DNA from: Flavobacteriales bacterium
Lineage (GTDB): Bacteria > Bacteroidota > Bacteroidia > Flavobacteriales_F > PHOS-HE28
Reading direction: 5' to 3'
Assembly: GCA_016703005.1 (NCBI GenBank)
Contig: JADJCX010000018.1
Location: forward strand, 3,794 to 67,793
DNA length: 64,000 nt
Made by a program: the position numbers and the translations under genes
In this document: positions 51,666 through 64,000 of the stretch, in pieces
Layout of the letters: each line of letters opens with the position of its first letter
Position numbering within the stretch: position 1 is the stretch's first letter
The notes under the pieces: model-generated
The model's input: only the letters and a program-made list of their open reading frames with translations
Databases searched by the model: none
What the model was told of the DNA's origin: nothing

Positions 51666-54600
51666 ATGAAGAAGGATGTAAAGCTGACCAGCAACTTCAA
51701 CAAGATCGTCATCAGTCTTGCGAGCCCGGAATTGATCCTGGAGCGCAGCCCATGGTGGAGGTGATCAAGCCGGAGACGATCAACTACCGCACGTACAAGC
51801 CCGAACGCGATGGTTTGTTCTGCGAGCGGATCTTCGGTCCGGTAAAGGATTTCGAATGCCACTGCGGTAAGTACAAGCGTATCCGTTATAAGGGTATCGT
51901 GTGCGATCGCTGCGGTGTGGAAGTGACGGAGAAGAAGGTCCGCCGCGAGCGCATGGGACACATTTCGCTCACCGTTCCGGTGGCGCACATCTGGTACTTC
52001 CGCAGCCTGCCCAATAAGATCGGTTACTTGCTGGGCCTGCCCACCAAGAAGCTCGACCAGATCATCTACTACGAGCGCTATGTGGTTATCCAAGCCGGCA
52101 CCGGTACCGCAACGAACAAGGAGGGTGTTGCCATCCAATACCTCGACTTCCTCACGGAAGAAGAGTACCTCGACGCGCTCGAGCAATTGGGCAAGGACAA
52201 CCAGCACCTCGACGACAGTGACCCGAACAAGTTCATCGCCAAAATGGGCGCTGAAGCATTGAACGACCTGCTCCGTCGTTTGGACTTGGACACCTTGAGC
52301 TATGACCTGCGTCACAAGGCGAATACCGAGACCAGTCAGCAGCGCAAGAACGAAGCACTGAAGCGCCTCAACGTGGTGGAAGCCTTGCGTGAAGCCAACA
52401 CGCGCCGCGAGAACAAGCCCGAATGGATGATCGTGAAGGTGGTTCCGGTCATCCCGCCCGAGTTGCGCCCCCTGGTGCCCCTGGATGGTGGCCGTTTCGC
52501 CACCAGCGATCTGAACGATCTCTATCGCCGTGTGATCATCCGTAACAACCGCTTGAAGCGGTTGGTGGAGATCAAAGCACCTGAGGTGATCCTGCGCAAC
52601 GAAAAGCGCATGTTGCAGGAAGCCGTGGACAGCCTCTTCGACAACAGTCGCAAGAGCAGTGCGGTGAAGAGCGAGAGTAACCGTCCCTTGAAGTCATTGA
52701 GCGATTCGCTCAAGGGCAAGCAGGGCCGGTTCCGTCAGAACCTGCTCGGTAAGCGTGTCGACTACAGTGCACGTTCCGTGATCGTTGTAGGACCCGAACT
52801 GAAATTGCATGAATGCGGTTTGCCCAAGGGTATGGCTGCCGAGTTGTTCAAGCCGTTCATCATCCGCAAGCTCATCGAGCGGGGATTGTGAAGACGGTGA
52901 AGAGCGCCAAGAAGATCGTGGACAAGAAGGAGCCCGTGGTGTGGGACATTTTGGAGAGCGTGCTGAAGGGCCATCCTGTGCTCCTGAACCGCGCACCAAC
53001 GCTCCACCGTCTGGGTATCCAAGCTTTCCAGCCCAAGTTGATCGAGGGCAAGGCCATCCAGTTGCACCCGCTCGTTTGTACGGCGTTCAACGCTGACTTC
53101 GATGGTGACCAAATGGCCGTACACGTGCCCCTCGGACACGCTGCTATCCTGGAAGCCCAACTGCTCATGTTGGCCAGCCACAACATCCTGAACCCTGCCA
53201 ACGGTGCGCCTATCGCGGTGCCTAGCCAGGACATGGTGCTAGGGTTGTATTACATCACCAAAGGGCGGAAGAGCGAAAAGGACCATCCTGTGAAGGGTGA
53301 AGGCCGTACGTTCTACAGCCCTGAGGAGGTGGTTATCGCTTACAACGAGAACCGCGTGGACTTGCACGCTTGGATCAAGGTGCGTTGGACCGGTGTGGAT
53401 GGCAAGAGCCAGATCATCGAGACGACCGTTGGTCGTGTATTGTTCAATGATGTGGTGCCGGATGAGGCTGGCTACATCAACGAGCTGCTGACCAAAAAGG
53501 CTCTTCGCGATATCATCGGCCGTGTGCTGAAGACGGCTGGCACAGCTAAAGCCGCCAAGTTCCACGACGATATCAAAGAGATTGGCTTCAACATCGCCTT
53601 CAAGGGTGGTCTGTCCTTCAACTTGGAGGACGTGATCGTGCCAGACGAGAAGGAGAAGTTGGTGAAAGCAGCGCAGAAGGAAGTGGACGAAGTGATGGGC
53701 AACTACAACATGGGCCTGATCACCAACAATGAGCGTTACAACCAGGTCATCGACATCTGGACACACACGAATAGCCGTGTGACCAAAACGTTGATGGACC
53801 GCCTCGCAGCCGACCGTCAGGGCTTCAACTCCATCTTCATGATGATGGACAGTGGTGCTCGTGGTAGTAAAGAGCAGATCCGTCAGCTCAGCGGTATGCG
53901 GGGTCTTATGGCCAAGCCGCAGAAGAGCGGTGGTGGTGGTTCGCAGGACATTATCGAGAACCCCATCCTCTCGAACTTCAAAGAAGGACTTTCGATCCTT
54001 GAGTACTTCATCAGCACGCACGGTGCCCGTAAGGGTCTCGCCGATACCGCGCTGAAGACCGCTGACGCAGGTTACCTGACCCGCCGTCTAGTGGACGTTG
54101 CGCAGGACGTGGTGATCAACGCCGAGGACTGCGGAACGCTCCGTGGTCTGGTGGCAACGGCACTGAAAAAGAACGAGGAGATCGTGGAGTCGCTCCATGA
54201 TCGTATCCTTGGCCGTTGTGCGGTTCACGATGTCTATCACCCACAGACCGGCGAACTGATCGTGTCGAGCGGTGAGCAGATCACCGAGGATATTGCCACG
54301 ATCATCGGCGCCAGCCCGATCGAGGAGGTGGAGATCCGCAGCGTCCTGACGTGTGAGCAGAAGAAAGGCGTTTGCACCAAGTGCTACGGTCGCAACCTTG
54401 CGACAGGTCGTATGGTGCACATTGGTGAGGCTGTCGGCGTTATCGCCGCACAGTCCATCGGTGAACCAGGTACCCAGCTTACACTGCGTACGTTCCACGT
54501 AGGTGGTGTTGCAGGTAAGATCACCGAGGAAAGCGAGGTGAAAGCCAAATATGATGGCAAGCTCGAGATCGATGAGCTGCGCACTGTGAAGCGGAAGGAC

Positions 54601-55965
54601 CGCAAGGGCGATGATGCCGAGGTGGTCATCAGCCGCAGTACCGAGATGCGCATCGTTGACAGTAACACGGGCATTGTGCTCACCACGAGTGTGATCCCAT
54701 ACGGCGCCTTCCTGTATGCCAAGAACGGCAAGTCAGTGAAGAAGGGCGACGTGATCTGCACATGGGACCAGTACAACGCCGTCATCATCTCCGAATTGAG
54801 CGGTAAGCTCGAGTTCGAAAGCATCGAAGAGAGCGTCACCTACCGTGAGGAGATCGACGAACAAACCGGGTTCACCGAGAAAGTGATCGTGGAAAGTCGC
54901 GACAAGCGCAAGAACCCCACGATCAAGATCATGGACCTGAAGAGCAAGGAGGAAGTGAAGAGCTACTCGTTGCCCGTAGGTGCGCACATCATGGTGAAAG
55001 AGGGTGACAAGGTTGAAGCCGGCGACGTGCTGGTGAAGATCCCACGCACCAGTGGAAAGGGCGGTGATATCACCGGTGGTCTGCCACGTGTAACGGAACT
55101 GTTCGAAGCCCGTAACCCGAGCAACCCTGCAGTGGTCAGCGAGATCGACGGTATCATCTCTTACGGCAAGATCAAGCGCGGTAACCGCGAGATCAACGTG
55201 GAGAGCCGTACCGGCGAGCGCAAGACGTATCTGGTTCCCTTGAGCAAGCACATCCTCGTGCAGGAGAACGACTTCATCAAGGCGGGGGCTCCATTGAGCG
55301 ATGGTAGCATCAGCCCGATGGATATCCTCGACATCCAAGGCCCGACACGTGTGCAGGAGTACCTCGTTGATGAGGTACAAGAGGTTTATCGCATGCAGGG
55401 TGTGAAGATCAACGACAAGCACTTCGAGGTGATCGTACGCCAGATGATGCGCAAAGTTGAGATCGAGGATCCCGGGGATACCCGCTTCCTCGAGAAGCAG
55501 AGCGTTAACAAGTCCGAGTTCATGGGTGCCAACGACGGTATCTACGACCTGATGGTCGTTGTTGATGCTGGCGACAGCTCCAGCTTCAAGGAAGGCCAGA
55601 TCATTACCGCCCGCAAACTGCGCGATGAGAACAGCGCCCTGAAGCGGAAGGATGCGAAACCGGTTGAGGCCCGCCACGCGGCACCCGCAACCGCCCGCAC
55701 CATGTTGCAGGGTATTACGCGTGCCTCTTTGCAAACGGAGAGCTTCATGAGCGCCGCCTCGTTCCAAGAGACGACCAAGGTGTTGAACGAAGCTGCCGTG
55801 AGCGCGAAGGAGGATTTCCTTACTGGCTTGAAGGAGAACGTGATCGTTGGTCACTTGATCCCTGCCGGTACCGGCACGCGCCGTTTCCAGAAGAACATCG
55901 TGGGTAACAAAGACGATATGGAGCGGATGGCCGCTGAGCGTGTTGTTGCGGTTACGGAGGACTGA
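51666..55965 (+). CDS. rpoC: DNA-directed RNA polymerase subunit beta'; reading frame broken twice (about 51750 and about 52883)
   Basis: An ATG at 51666 gives [28 protein letters not shown]. The frame then shifts before [30 protein letters not shown] second break lies between ... [10 protein letters not shown] and [10 protein letters not shown] ... [16 protein letters not shown]4 run appears where a G5 run is needed to restore ERGIVKT. Confidence 0.9.
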
Positions 55966-55976
55966 ACCGAAGCACC

Positions 55977-56294
55977 ATGGCCGAGACCGAAAAACCCAAG
56001 GGCAACCAGCTGAACATTGAGATCAGCGAGGAGGTGGCTGATGGCATTTACAGTAACCTGGCCATCATCACCCACAGCAACTCGGAGTTCGTGCTCGATT
56101 TTGTGCGCGTTATGCCCGGTGTGCCCAAGGCGAAGGTGAGGGCTCGTGTGCTCCTCACTCCCCAGCATGCCAAACGGCTGATGCGTGCGCTTGCGGACAA
56201 CATCAGCAAGTTCGAGCAGGTACACGGCCAGATCAAGGACACCGAGATGCCCCAGATCCCGATGAACTTTGGCGGACCGGCCGCACAGGCCTGA
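55977..56294 (+). CDS. DUF3467-family protein (conserved downstream of rpoC in Bacteroidota)
   Basis: 105 aa. YSNLAIITHSNSEFVLDFVRVMPG core. Confidence 0.6.
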   Translation: MAETEKPKGNQLNIEISEEVADGIYSNLAIITHSNSEFVLDFVRVMPGVPKAKVRARVLLTPQHAKRLMRALADNISKFEQVHGQIKDTEMPQIPMNFGGPAAQA

Positions 56295-56313
56295 GCCAAC
56301 CTAACACAAGGCA

Positions 56314-56343
56314 CAGCCCCCGACGAAAGTCGGGGGCTGTTTG
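56314..56343 (+). terminator. rho-independent terminator of the rpoBC operon
   Basis: cagcccccgac-gaaa-gtcgggggctg followed by tttg. Confidence 0.75.
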
Positions 56344-56578
56344 CGTTAGCGCTAAGGCCAACGGAGCATGGCTTTGATCGGCCATGTTCTGCGGGGAAGG
56401 TTCATCATCGACAGGTGTTCGTCGCCCAATTATGTGGCTTTATTGGCCTTAAATCCCTGTTCGACGGGGCCGGGCTCTTGACAACCCTATTCCGCCTAAC
56501 CCACATTCGACCGTTCTTTTCAAGGATAGCCCCCCGGTTCTTGGATCTGATCTAAATCACCTAAAGACCGAACGCACC

Positions 56579-59500
56579 ATGAATCTCATGACTCCTTGGC
56601 TCTCTGTAATTCCGAATTGGGCCCGCCTCAGCCACCAAGCCTTACTGATGGTTGGTGCCTCGTTAGCCTTCCAGACGGGATATGCCCAATGCTTGACCTC
56701 TCCTGGCGGCGAGAATGGCACATTGACGCCAACATGCAATGGAACAACTCAAACAATTACGGTCTTGGGTCGGGCGCGGGAATACTCCACGGTCCAGCTC
56801 ACCGCAGGAAATACCTACACGTTCAGCATATCAGCCCCGGGTGAGTTCATCACTATCGCCACGACCGCACCCGCTGCGTTGGCTTGGGGTACCACGCCGC
56901 TCACTTATACTGCTGTGACCACGGGTCCGCATCGTTTCTATCATCACCTGAACGCGGCGTGCGGAACGCAAGGTGCGTTCAGTTTCGTGTTCAAGACGCG
57001 ATCGGTGAGTTGTGTTGAGCCCCCTTGCTCCGGCACGCCAGCCGCTGTTACTGTTAGCGGCACGAGCACACCCGTATGTGGTACTGCGGCGGCCCGCACC
57101 TACACCCGTACAGCTGGTTCGACCGGCTTCTCTGGTCTGTCATACCAATGGGCATACAGCCTTACACCCGGCGGGGCGCTCACCAACGTTGGTACGCTGA
57201 ATGCCCTGACGTATTCGACCACCGCTGGTGTTACACAAACCCGCTACTACAAGGTGGTCAGCACTTGCTCTAACGGCGGTGGTAGCGCGGTCTCGAACGA
57301 GATCCCCTATGTTGTGAATCCAGTGCCTTCGGCTACCGCAGGTGGCAACTCTCCGATTTGCGAGGGGGCAACGCTGAACCTCACGGGTACTACGGACATC
57401 GGGACCAGCCATTCTTGGACCGGGCCATCGGGGTTCATCAGCGGCGCGCAGAACCCAACACGGCCGCTTATGACGAGTGCTGATGCAGGTACATACACGT
57501 ACACGGCAACTGTGGCCGCAACAGGTTGTGCCAGCACCCCCAGCAACTATGCGGTAACGGTGAACCCGGGCTTGAGCATTCCGGTGATCACACCGTCCAG
57601 TGCCACCACTTGTGCAGGAGCGGGTCAGCTTTTGACGGCTGCGGCTACCTCCAATGCCACTGTGCCGTCATCGCCTTTCAATAGCACCGGGGGGCCGGCG
57701 ACCATTACGGTGACCAACGCGCAGAATGCCAGCATCTATCCGTGGAACCTTGTGATTAGTGGACTTCCGGCATCCGGGATCACTGTTGCTTCGGTCAACA
57801 TCAACGGTGTTGCGCACACCTTCCCTGATGATCTGGACATCCTGTTGCAATCGCCTACCGGAACCAACGTGGTCCTTATGTCGGACGCGGGTGGCAATAC
57901 CGACGTAACCGCCACGAACTGGACGTTCTCAACGGGTAGCCCGGCGATGTCCGACGCGGGAACGAATGGCTCCGGAACGTACAGTCCGACCAATATTGGA
58001 GCTAGCGATGACTTTCCAACGGCTCCCGGCCCAGGGAACGGATTCAGCCAAGCTTCTCCATCGTTGTCATTGTTCACCGGCAATTTCAATGGCACTTGGA
58101 AATTGCTGATCCGTGATGATGCCAATGGTGATGCCGGGTCGGTGACGAGTTGGAGCATCACATTCAGTCTTCCTGCCCCGGTCAGCTATACGTGGTCTCC
58201 CAACGTGGCATTGAGCGGCACGACCGGTCCATCGGTCACGGCTTCCCCTACAAACACACAGATGTACACGGTTACCGCTTCGCACGGGCCGAACGCCTGC
58301 ACCAGAAGCGCCGACGTGACGATCACAACAGTTGATCCGCCGAATGCCGGCACGGATGCAACGTTGACGATCTGTAGTAACGCAGCCGCCGCAAGCCTCG
58401 TCGCCCAGCTTGGTGGTGCTCCGGATGGCGGTGGTTCTTGGAGTGGTCCTAGTCCTGTCGTGGGGGTATGTACGATCCCACAACCATGAGCCCGGGTTCA
58501 TATCTGTATACCGTGAACGCATCGCCATGTGCGCCTGCTGTAGCAACCGTGACCGTCACCGAAGATCCCGCTACTGTCTGGTATGCCGATGCTGACAATG
58601 ACGGTGCGGGCGACCCGAACGTATCGTTGATGGCTTGCGCGCAACCATTGGGTTACGTGGCGAACGACAATGACGTTTGCCTCGGTGGGCCGGAACCTGG
58701 TCAAGCATGCAACGACGGTGACCCATGTACGATCAACGATGTGGTGAACGGCTCTTGCACGTGCTCCGGCACATTCGCTGGCGACAGTGACAACGATGGG
58801 ACCTGCGACCCCTTGGACGTCTGTCCGGGCTCACCCGAACCTGGCATGGTCTGCAACGATGGAAACCCGTTCACTACCGGGGATGTCGTGAACGGTGCTT
58901 GTGCCTGCGTTGGAACCCCTGTTCCCTGCACGGAGAACGTGGTGTTGGATCTTCACACGGACAATGCTGGCAGTGAGACCAGTTGGGAGATCAAGGACGC
59001 CAACTCTCCCTTTGTGGTTTGCTCGGGAAACTCATACTCCAGCAACTCAATGATCAGTTTGAACTGTTGTCTGGTACCGGGTTGTTATGTGCTGAACGTG
59101 TTCGACAGCTTCGGCGATGGTATGACCACCGGAGGCTACGTTCTGCGCACCGTGGATGGCGATCGGATCATCGACAATGAGAGCGATGGACAGTTCACCT
59201 TCCAGAGCTCCTCACCGCTCGGTTTCTGCGTGCCGATGGGAACGGATAAGCTCACCGTGTTCACTTGCGATCGCGAGGACCTGAGCGCAGGCAGCGTGAT
59301 CGTTGCCAGTGCGAATCCCGCAGTGGCTGGTGAGTTCGGGGTGGGTATCAATCGGATGATGGATACCAGTTCTGGATCTATGACCCCGATGGTTCGTACA
59401 GCCGTCGCATCTATAAGAGCCATGCTTCGCCCGGAGCGGGTGGTGCACCTGGCGCTGATGCCTGCGCCCACCTCAAGTTGAGCAGCATCGTCACGTCCCC

Positions 59501-60290
59501 TGTACCGGCCGACAAGCTGTTGAACGTGCGCGTGCGGAGCAAGGTCAACAACACGTTCGCGGAGTTCGGTCCTGCGTGCAGGATGATGGTCCTCAGCACC
59601 CCGATCGCCTGCCCGACCACGCAGCTTGACAACAACCCGCTGCATGTGGGTACCACCTTGAGCTGCGGTGCCACCGGCAAGGTGGTCGCTGCTTCGGGCA
59701 ACGCCGGTAAACTCTGGCCGAACCTCGTGCCGGGTGCCAACAAGTACCAGTACGAATTCGCGTTCTTGAGCGAGAACTACTTGCGCACGATCTCCCCGCC
59801 CACGGGCCAATACGCCCTGATGTTGGGCAACTGGGTCACCAACCCATTGCTCTGCGGCACGTTCGAATACGATGTGCGCGTGCGGGCCAGCTTCGACGGC
59901 GGTGCTACGTGGTGCCCTTGGGGACCCATGTGCACGGTGGAGATCACCAACAACCCGCCGAACAATTGCAGTGGCTTTGGCGGGTTCACCGGTGGAGGAG
60001 GGTTGAACAGCTTGGAAGAGCCAGAGACCGAGGTGTTGATGTTGCCGAACCCGGTTCGCGATGGTCACGTGCAATTGCAGCTCAAAGCGCTCTCAACCGA
60101 TGCTGCGGAAGTCACGATCGACATTTTCGACCTCTTCGGTAAGCGGGTCATGGCACGCACCATTGCTACTGAAGGTGCCGAGGAATTGACCACCGTGCTC
60201 GAACTGGAGACCAGCATGGCGAAGGGCCTCTACATGGTGAATATTACGATCGGGGACAAGTTGCACGTGCAACGCTTGGTGATAGAGTAG
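56579..60290 (+). CDS. large secreted protein with proprotein-convertase P-domain, Ig-like repeats and Cys-rich D-x-D-G-type repeats, plus T9SS C-terminal sorting domain; reading frame broken about 58465 and about 59340
   Basis: Three collinear ORFs. P-domain-like region ASIYPWNLVISGL ... DDLDILLQSPTGTNVVLMSDAGG ... GTWKLLIRDDANGDAGSVTSWSITF. Repeats C-N-D-G-[DN]-P-[CF]-T-x-[GN]-D-V-V-N-G-x-C-x-C. C-terminus LMLPNPVRDGHVQLQ ... GLYMVNITIGDK is CTD-like. Both breaks sit in G runs. Confidence 0.65.
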
Positions 60291-60382
60291 TGTTGGTTTG
60301 AAGGTGCGAACGCCCGCTTCCGGCAACGGAGGCGGGCGTTCGTGTTTATTATGCAAAGCGTCAGTGCCAGCCAAGAAATGGC

Positions 60383-62665
60383 TCACTCCTGCGCCCGTTG
60401 CGCGAAGATCACGTACCCGAAATTCAGGCTAACGGCCCATGGGTTCGGCAAGCCGTCGATGTAGCTGGTGTTGAACCACACCGGGCCGATGGGGCTTTGG
60501 TAGATGAGCGAGCCGCTGGCCAGGAAGTAGCGATCGGAGATCGCAGTGCCTTCCGTCGAACCGTCGTCCTCCGAGCGTTGGATCTTCTTGTAGGGTTGGA
60601 ACACGTAGCCCTCCAGCCGCAGGTCGAACTTGTTCTTGGCCACAGCAATGATGGTGCGCACGCCACCAGCGGCGTACTGGCTGGCCCGGAAATCCTCAAG
60701 AAAGTACGTCTTGCTTTCCGGCGTCGGTTGGAAGACCGGTGCGCGCGCAACGGTCGCGGTGTAATTGCTGAAGAATGGATAGCCACTATACACCCCTTCC
60801 AACAAGAAGCCGAACTTGAACACCCCACGCGGCAGGAAATATTTGTCCAGCGTGACTTTTGCCACGAGCCATTCGTGGTGATGGCCGATGGGTTCGCGGG
60901 AAGTTTCGCCAACGGTTCCCGGCGTTGTCACCTCATTGCCGCCAAAATACCGCAGTTCCGCCTTCAAGCACTCGCCGGCGTTCGCGTGCTGTTTCCGGTT
61001 GAGGCTGTTGCGTTCGAGCATCAGACCGGTGGTTACATAATTGAACTCGGTTACATCCGCCGTGTCGGTTGCGCTCCATTCCAGCGACTGGTAATAGCTG
61101 TCCCGGCTCTGCGCGTATTTGAAGTCGTAGCGCAGCAGGCCCTTGTTGCCAACGCTCAGCCCGGTGCTGACGCCGCCCCAACTCTCGCGCAGCACGATGT
61201 AACTCGGCCGCACTTCATCGAAGAACGTCGTGAAACTGCTGAAGTGATCCCAGCGATGGATCGTGAAGGCCGGCTCCACGTACAATGGGATATTCGTACT
61301 GAAGTCGATACGCAGTTTGGCTTGTCCCGCCGCGTAGAATTTCCCGAAATAGGAAAGCGCTTCCAAGCGCGCGCTGGCGCGACCGAAGATGTTGTACCGT
61401 AAGCCGACCATCCCGGTGTTGATCGGTCGGCTGCTGAAGATCCCCCCAAAGCGCACATCAAGTTTCTTTTCGCGCTTCACCAACAGCTCAAGATCATAGT
61501 TCCCGTTCAGCGGGTTGTAGGTGGCTTTCGGGTGCAGGCCGGCCACGTTGTTGTCCGCATATAGTCTGAAGTAGCGTGGCTTTAGCCCAGCCGTGGTCAG
61601 CGGCTGCGGATCGCGTCAAGCAGCGTGCGTTCCACATACTTCGACTGCTTCTTCGTCAATCCCTCAATGCGCACATCGCCGAACACGGGTGCATGCATCT
61701 TTCGCTTCCAATCCGCGCGTCGCACGCTGGTGTCTTCAGCAGTCTGGTATTTCGAGATCATCGCCTTGATCTCCGGCATTCGTGCCATGGTGGCCTTGTA
61801 GCCGTCCTCGATCGTGGTGGCCGGATCGCTGAAATCGAACAACGTCGTAGCGCTTTGCGGTAGCACGATCACGCTGTGCTCGCATGGAATGGTATAATCC
61901 GTTTGCTGCTGCATCATCGCGCGCAACTGGCTCATCAGGTCGTCCTCGTTGGGGGGGGCCATTGTTGCCCACGTTACTGCCAATGATCGCATCGGGCAGG
62001 AAGGCGTTGTACAACACATCGCTGGGGAAGTTGTTGAACAAGCCGCCGTCCATCATCAAATGCCCATCAACGCGGATGGGTTTGAAGTAGAACGGGTAAC
62101 TCATGCTGGCCCTGACGGCCTGCGCGAGATCGCCTTTTGAAAAGATGACCGGCCTGTTCGCCGTAATGTCGCTGGCCACGCAGCGGAACGGGACGAAAAG
62201 ACTGTCCATGTCGTACTTGGCCGCCGCGCTCGCAGGGGCGAAGCTCCGCATCTGTTCAAAGTCGATGAGCACCGGGCTGCGCAGGTTGGTGGGCAGACTT
62301 AACTGAATCGTGGTGTCGAGATCCAACTTGACGGTCACCAGAGAGGCATCGGGGGCGTCCTGTTTGAAGTAGTACATGTATTCATCCTCGATCCCACCCC
62401 TCGCCATCAGTTTGTTCAAGTCGGTATTGAACACCGAATCGATCTCACTGGGCGAGTACCCAGCAGCGTACATACCGCCGATCGGCGCCCCCATGCTGCT
62501 ACCGGCGATGCAATCAATGGGAATGTCGTTCTCCTCCAATGCCTTCAGTACACCGATGTGCACCATGCCCACGGCTCCGCCTCCGCTGAGCACTATGCCC
62601 ACGCGTTGCGCGTTGACGCTGAGCGCCAGCACAAGCAACAAGAACAGGGAAGGGATGCGGGGCAT
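60383..62665 (-). CDS. patatin-like phospholipase fused to a C-terminal Omp85/BamA-like beta-barrel; reading frame broken about 61955 (G8/C8 run) and about 61590
   Basis: Signal peptide. GIVLSGGGAVGMVHIGVLKALEE oxyanion motif, GSSMG nucleophile, MDGG Asp motif. The downstream ORFs are collinear (... IIGSNVGNNGPP / NEDDLMSQLR ... LLDAIRS / PQPLTTAGLKPRYFRLYADNNVAGLHPK ...). C-terminal roughly 390 aa is beta-strand rich. Confidence 0.65.
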
Positions 62666-62707
62666 CGGCGATGGGTGGGCGAAAGTACGTGCCCCCCAAC
62701 GCCCGCT

Positions 62708-63517
62708 TCAGGCCGATAGTGTGCTCAACAGACCGTTGAAATAAGCAGGCGCTTTGAGCAAACGACTGCCGTACCAACTGAACAATTCGCCGTCCACCAA
62801 ACGCACCGGAGTGCCCGGGCAGATCATGTTGAACGCAGCGATATGCTTTTCAGCGAACGGATAGGGCTCAGAGGGAAGCAGAATGATATCCGGATCCGCC
62901 TCGGCCACTTCGCGGGCAGTCAATTCTGGATATCGCGGATCGCCCTCATCGAACACGTTAACCAACCCGCAACGCTGAAGCATATCGTTGATGAAGGTGC
63001 CTTGACCCGCCGTCATAAAAGGTTCCCGCCAAATGAAGTACGCCACGGTCAAGGGCGGGTCTAATGGCCGAACCTCCGCGAAGCCTTTTCCAATGTTCGT
63101 GATCAGACTTTCCGCCTTGACCTGTGTGGCTGTGAGGTCGCCGAGACGGCGGATCATGTCAAGCGCCCCCGACAGGTCGCGCACGTCGCTCATCCATACC
63201 GGGAATTCCTTCTCCAACGCTTCGATGTCCTGCCGCTCGTTCTCTTCCTTGTTGCCGATGATGAGGTCCGGCTTCAACGCACGGAGCTTCACCATGTCCA
63301 CTTTCTTGGTGCCGCCCACACGGTGTTTCGTGCGGAACCACGTGTCAGGATGTATGCAGAACTTGGTGATTCCGACCACGCGCTCGCCCAAGCCGAGATC
63401 GTAGAGCAGTTCGGTTTGGGAGGGGACCAGGGAGATGATGCGTTGGGGCATCTCTGGCGCAAGAACCGATCGGCCCATCTGGTCGACCAGTGTAAGGTTG
63501 TTATTAGCGGAGTGCAT
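62708..63517 (-). CDS. periplasmic-binding-protein-fold protein (BtuF/FecB-like ABC substrate-binding or helical-backbone metal receptor family); no obvious signal peptide
   Basis: RIISLVPSQTELLYDLGLGERVVGIT ... PDLIIG ... motif typical of cluster A-2 SBPs. Start taken at MHSANNN (63517). Confidence 0.5.
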   Translation of the reverse strand: MHSANNNLTLVDQMGRSVLAPEMPQRIISLVPSQTELLYDLGLGERVVGITKFCIHPDTWFRTKHRVGGTKKVDMVKLRALKPDLIIGNKEENERQDIEALEKEFPVWMSDVRDLSGALDMIRRLGDLTATQVKAESLITNIGKGFAEVRPLDPPLTVAYFIWREPFMTAGQGTFINDMLQRCGLVNVFDEGDPRYPELTAREVAEADPDIILLPSEPYPFAEKHIAAFNMICPGTPVRLVDGELFSWYGSRLLKAPAYFNGLLSTLSA

Positions 63518-64000
63518 CCAGTGAATCGCGTTCGTTCGCCCGCTTGAGATGGCGACCGATCTCGTAGAGAAACTCATTCGCTCTGGAGCGTGTCTGGAGG
63601 TCACATTCGCCATTGGCTCGTGCCTCCACGCTAGCCCCATACTCCAAGAATGCCGACCAAGGGTCTTCCGAGTGCTCGATGAGGATCTCGCTAGCGATGG
63701 ACTTCGTCCACAACAACAGGCCTGGATGGCCATCACAGCCGTTCTCCCAACAACAAGAGAGCATGGAGCACGGTCGCTTCAACAGGTCTTCGCGCAGCGC
63801 CAACCCAAGTGGCTCAGCAAAGGCCCCATCAGCCTTGGTGATACTCCGCAGAAGAACAGCGGTGTAAAGGCGTGATGAGGCGACTGCTGAAAGCTGTCGT
63901 CCCGATGCCAACGAGGCATCGTCATCACTTAGGTCCCATGCCGCGTTGTCAGCAATGCGACGTGCCAAAGGAGAGGCCATTTTGTACCCTGCCATCATCC
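63504..64000 (-). CDS. hypothetical protein, N-terminus beyond window end
   Basis: Open frame on the minus strand running off the right edge. No recognisable motif. Confidence 0.3.
   Translation of the reverse strand, partial: MMAGYKMASPLARRIADNAAWDLSDDDASLASGRQLSAVASSRLYTAVLLRSITKADGAFAEPLGLALREDLLKRPCSMLSCCWENGCDGHPGLLLWTKSIASEILIEHSEDPWSAFLEYGASVEARANGECDLQTRSRANEFLYEIGRHLKRANERDSLDALR

Overview
High-GC (about 60%) Bacteroidota-type chromosomal window. T9SS C-terminal sorting domains on at least six proteins and the conserved tRNA-tuf-tRNATrp-secE-nusG-rplKAJL-rpoBC-DUF3467 block both point to this lineage. (1) Positions 1 to 16 kb form a dense copper homeostasis island. It holds a CDF-like transporter, a tandem-repeat CPMHP-type heavy-metal-binding protein, a Csp3-like Cys-rich four-helix-bundle protein, two multicopper oxidases (one with a T9SS tail, one fused to a CopB-like C-terminal region), an HMA-AraC fusion regulator, a CopZ-like tandem-HMA protein, a CopA P1B-type ATPase, an HMA/DUF3347-like lipoprotein, and T9SS-tagged thioredoxin-like, BNR, M28 peptidase and cupredoxin-like proteins. 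(2) Positions 16 to 42 kb carry housekeeping genes: DPP-IV, murB, two glycosyltransferases, ftsE, a TPR / beta-barrel / OmpA-PD40 envelope cluster, prfA, pyrF, DUF2851, PspC-like, a FAD oxidoreductase, rfbD-like, comEA-like, apt, acyl-CoA dehydrogenase, rpsU, xerD-like and hpf. (3) Positions 42.6 to 56.3 kb hold four tRNAs and the tuf-to-rpoC ribosomal/RNAP block. (4) Positions 56.5 to 64 kb hold a roughly 1240-aa T9SS cargo protein with a proprotein-convertase P-domain and Cys-rich repeats, a patatin-like phospholipase fused to a beta-barrel, and a periplasmic-binding-fold protein. At least 13 frameshifts are visible, almost all at short homopolymers, including two in rpoC and one each in rplA and prfA. 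A roughly 145-nt tract built only of G and T runs lies at 34.37 to 34.52 kb. Together these show an indel-prone assembly, so the interrupted copper genes are most likely sequencing artefacts rather than pseudogenes. The most unusual biology is the integration of T9SS-secreted redox and copper proteins and an HMA-AraC regulator into the copper island.
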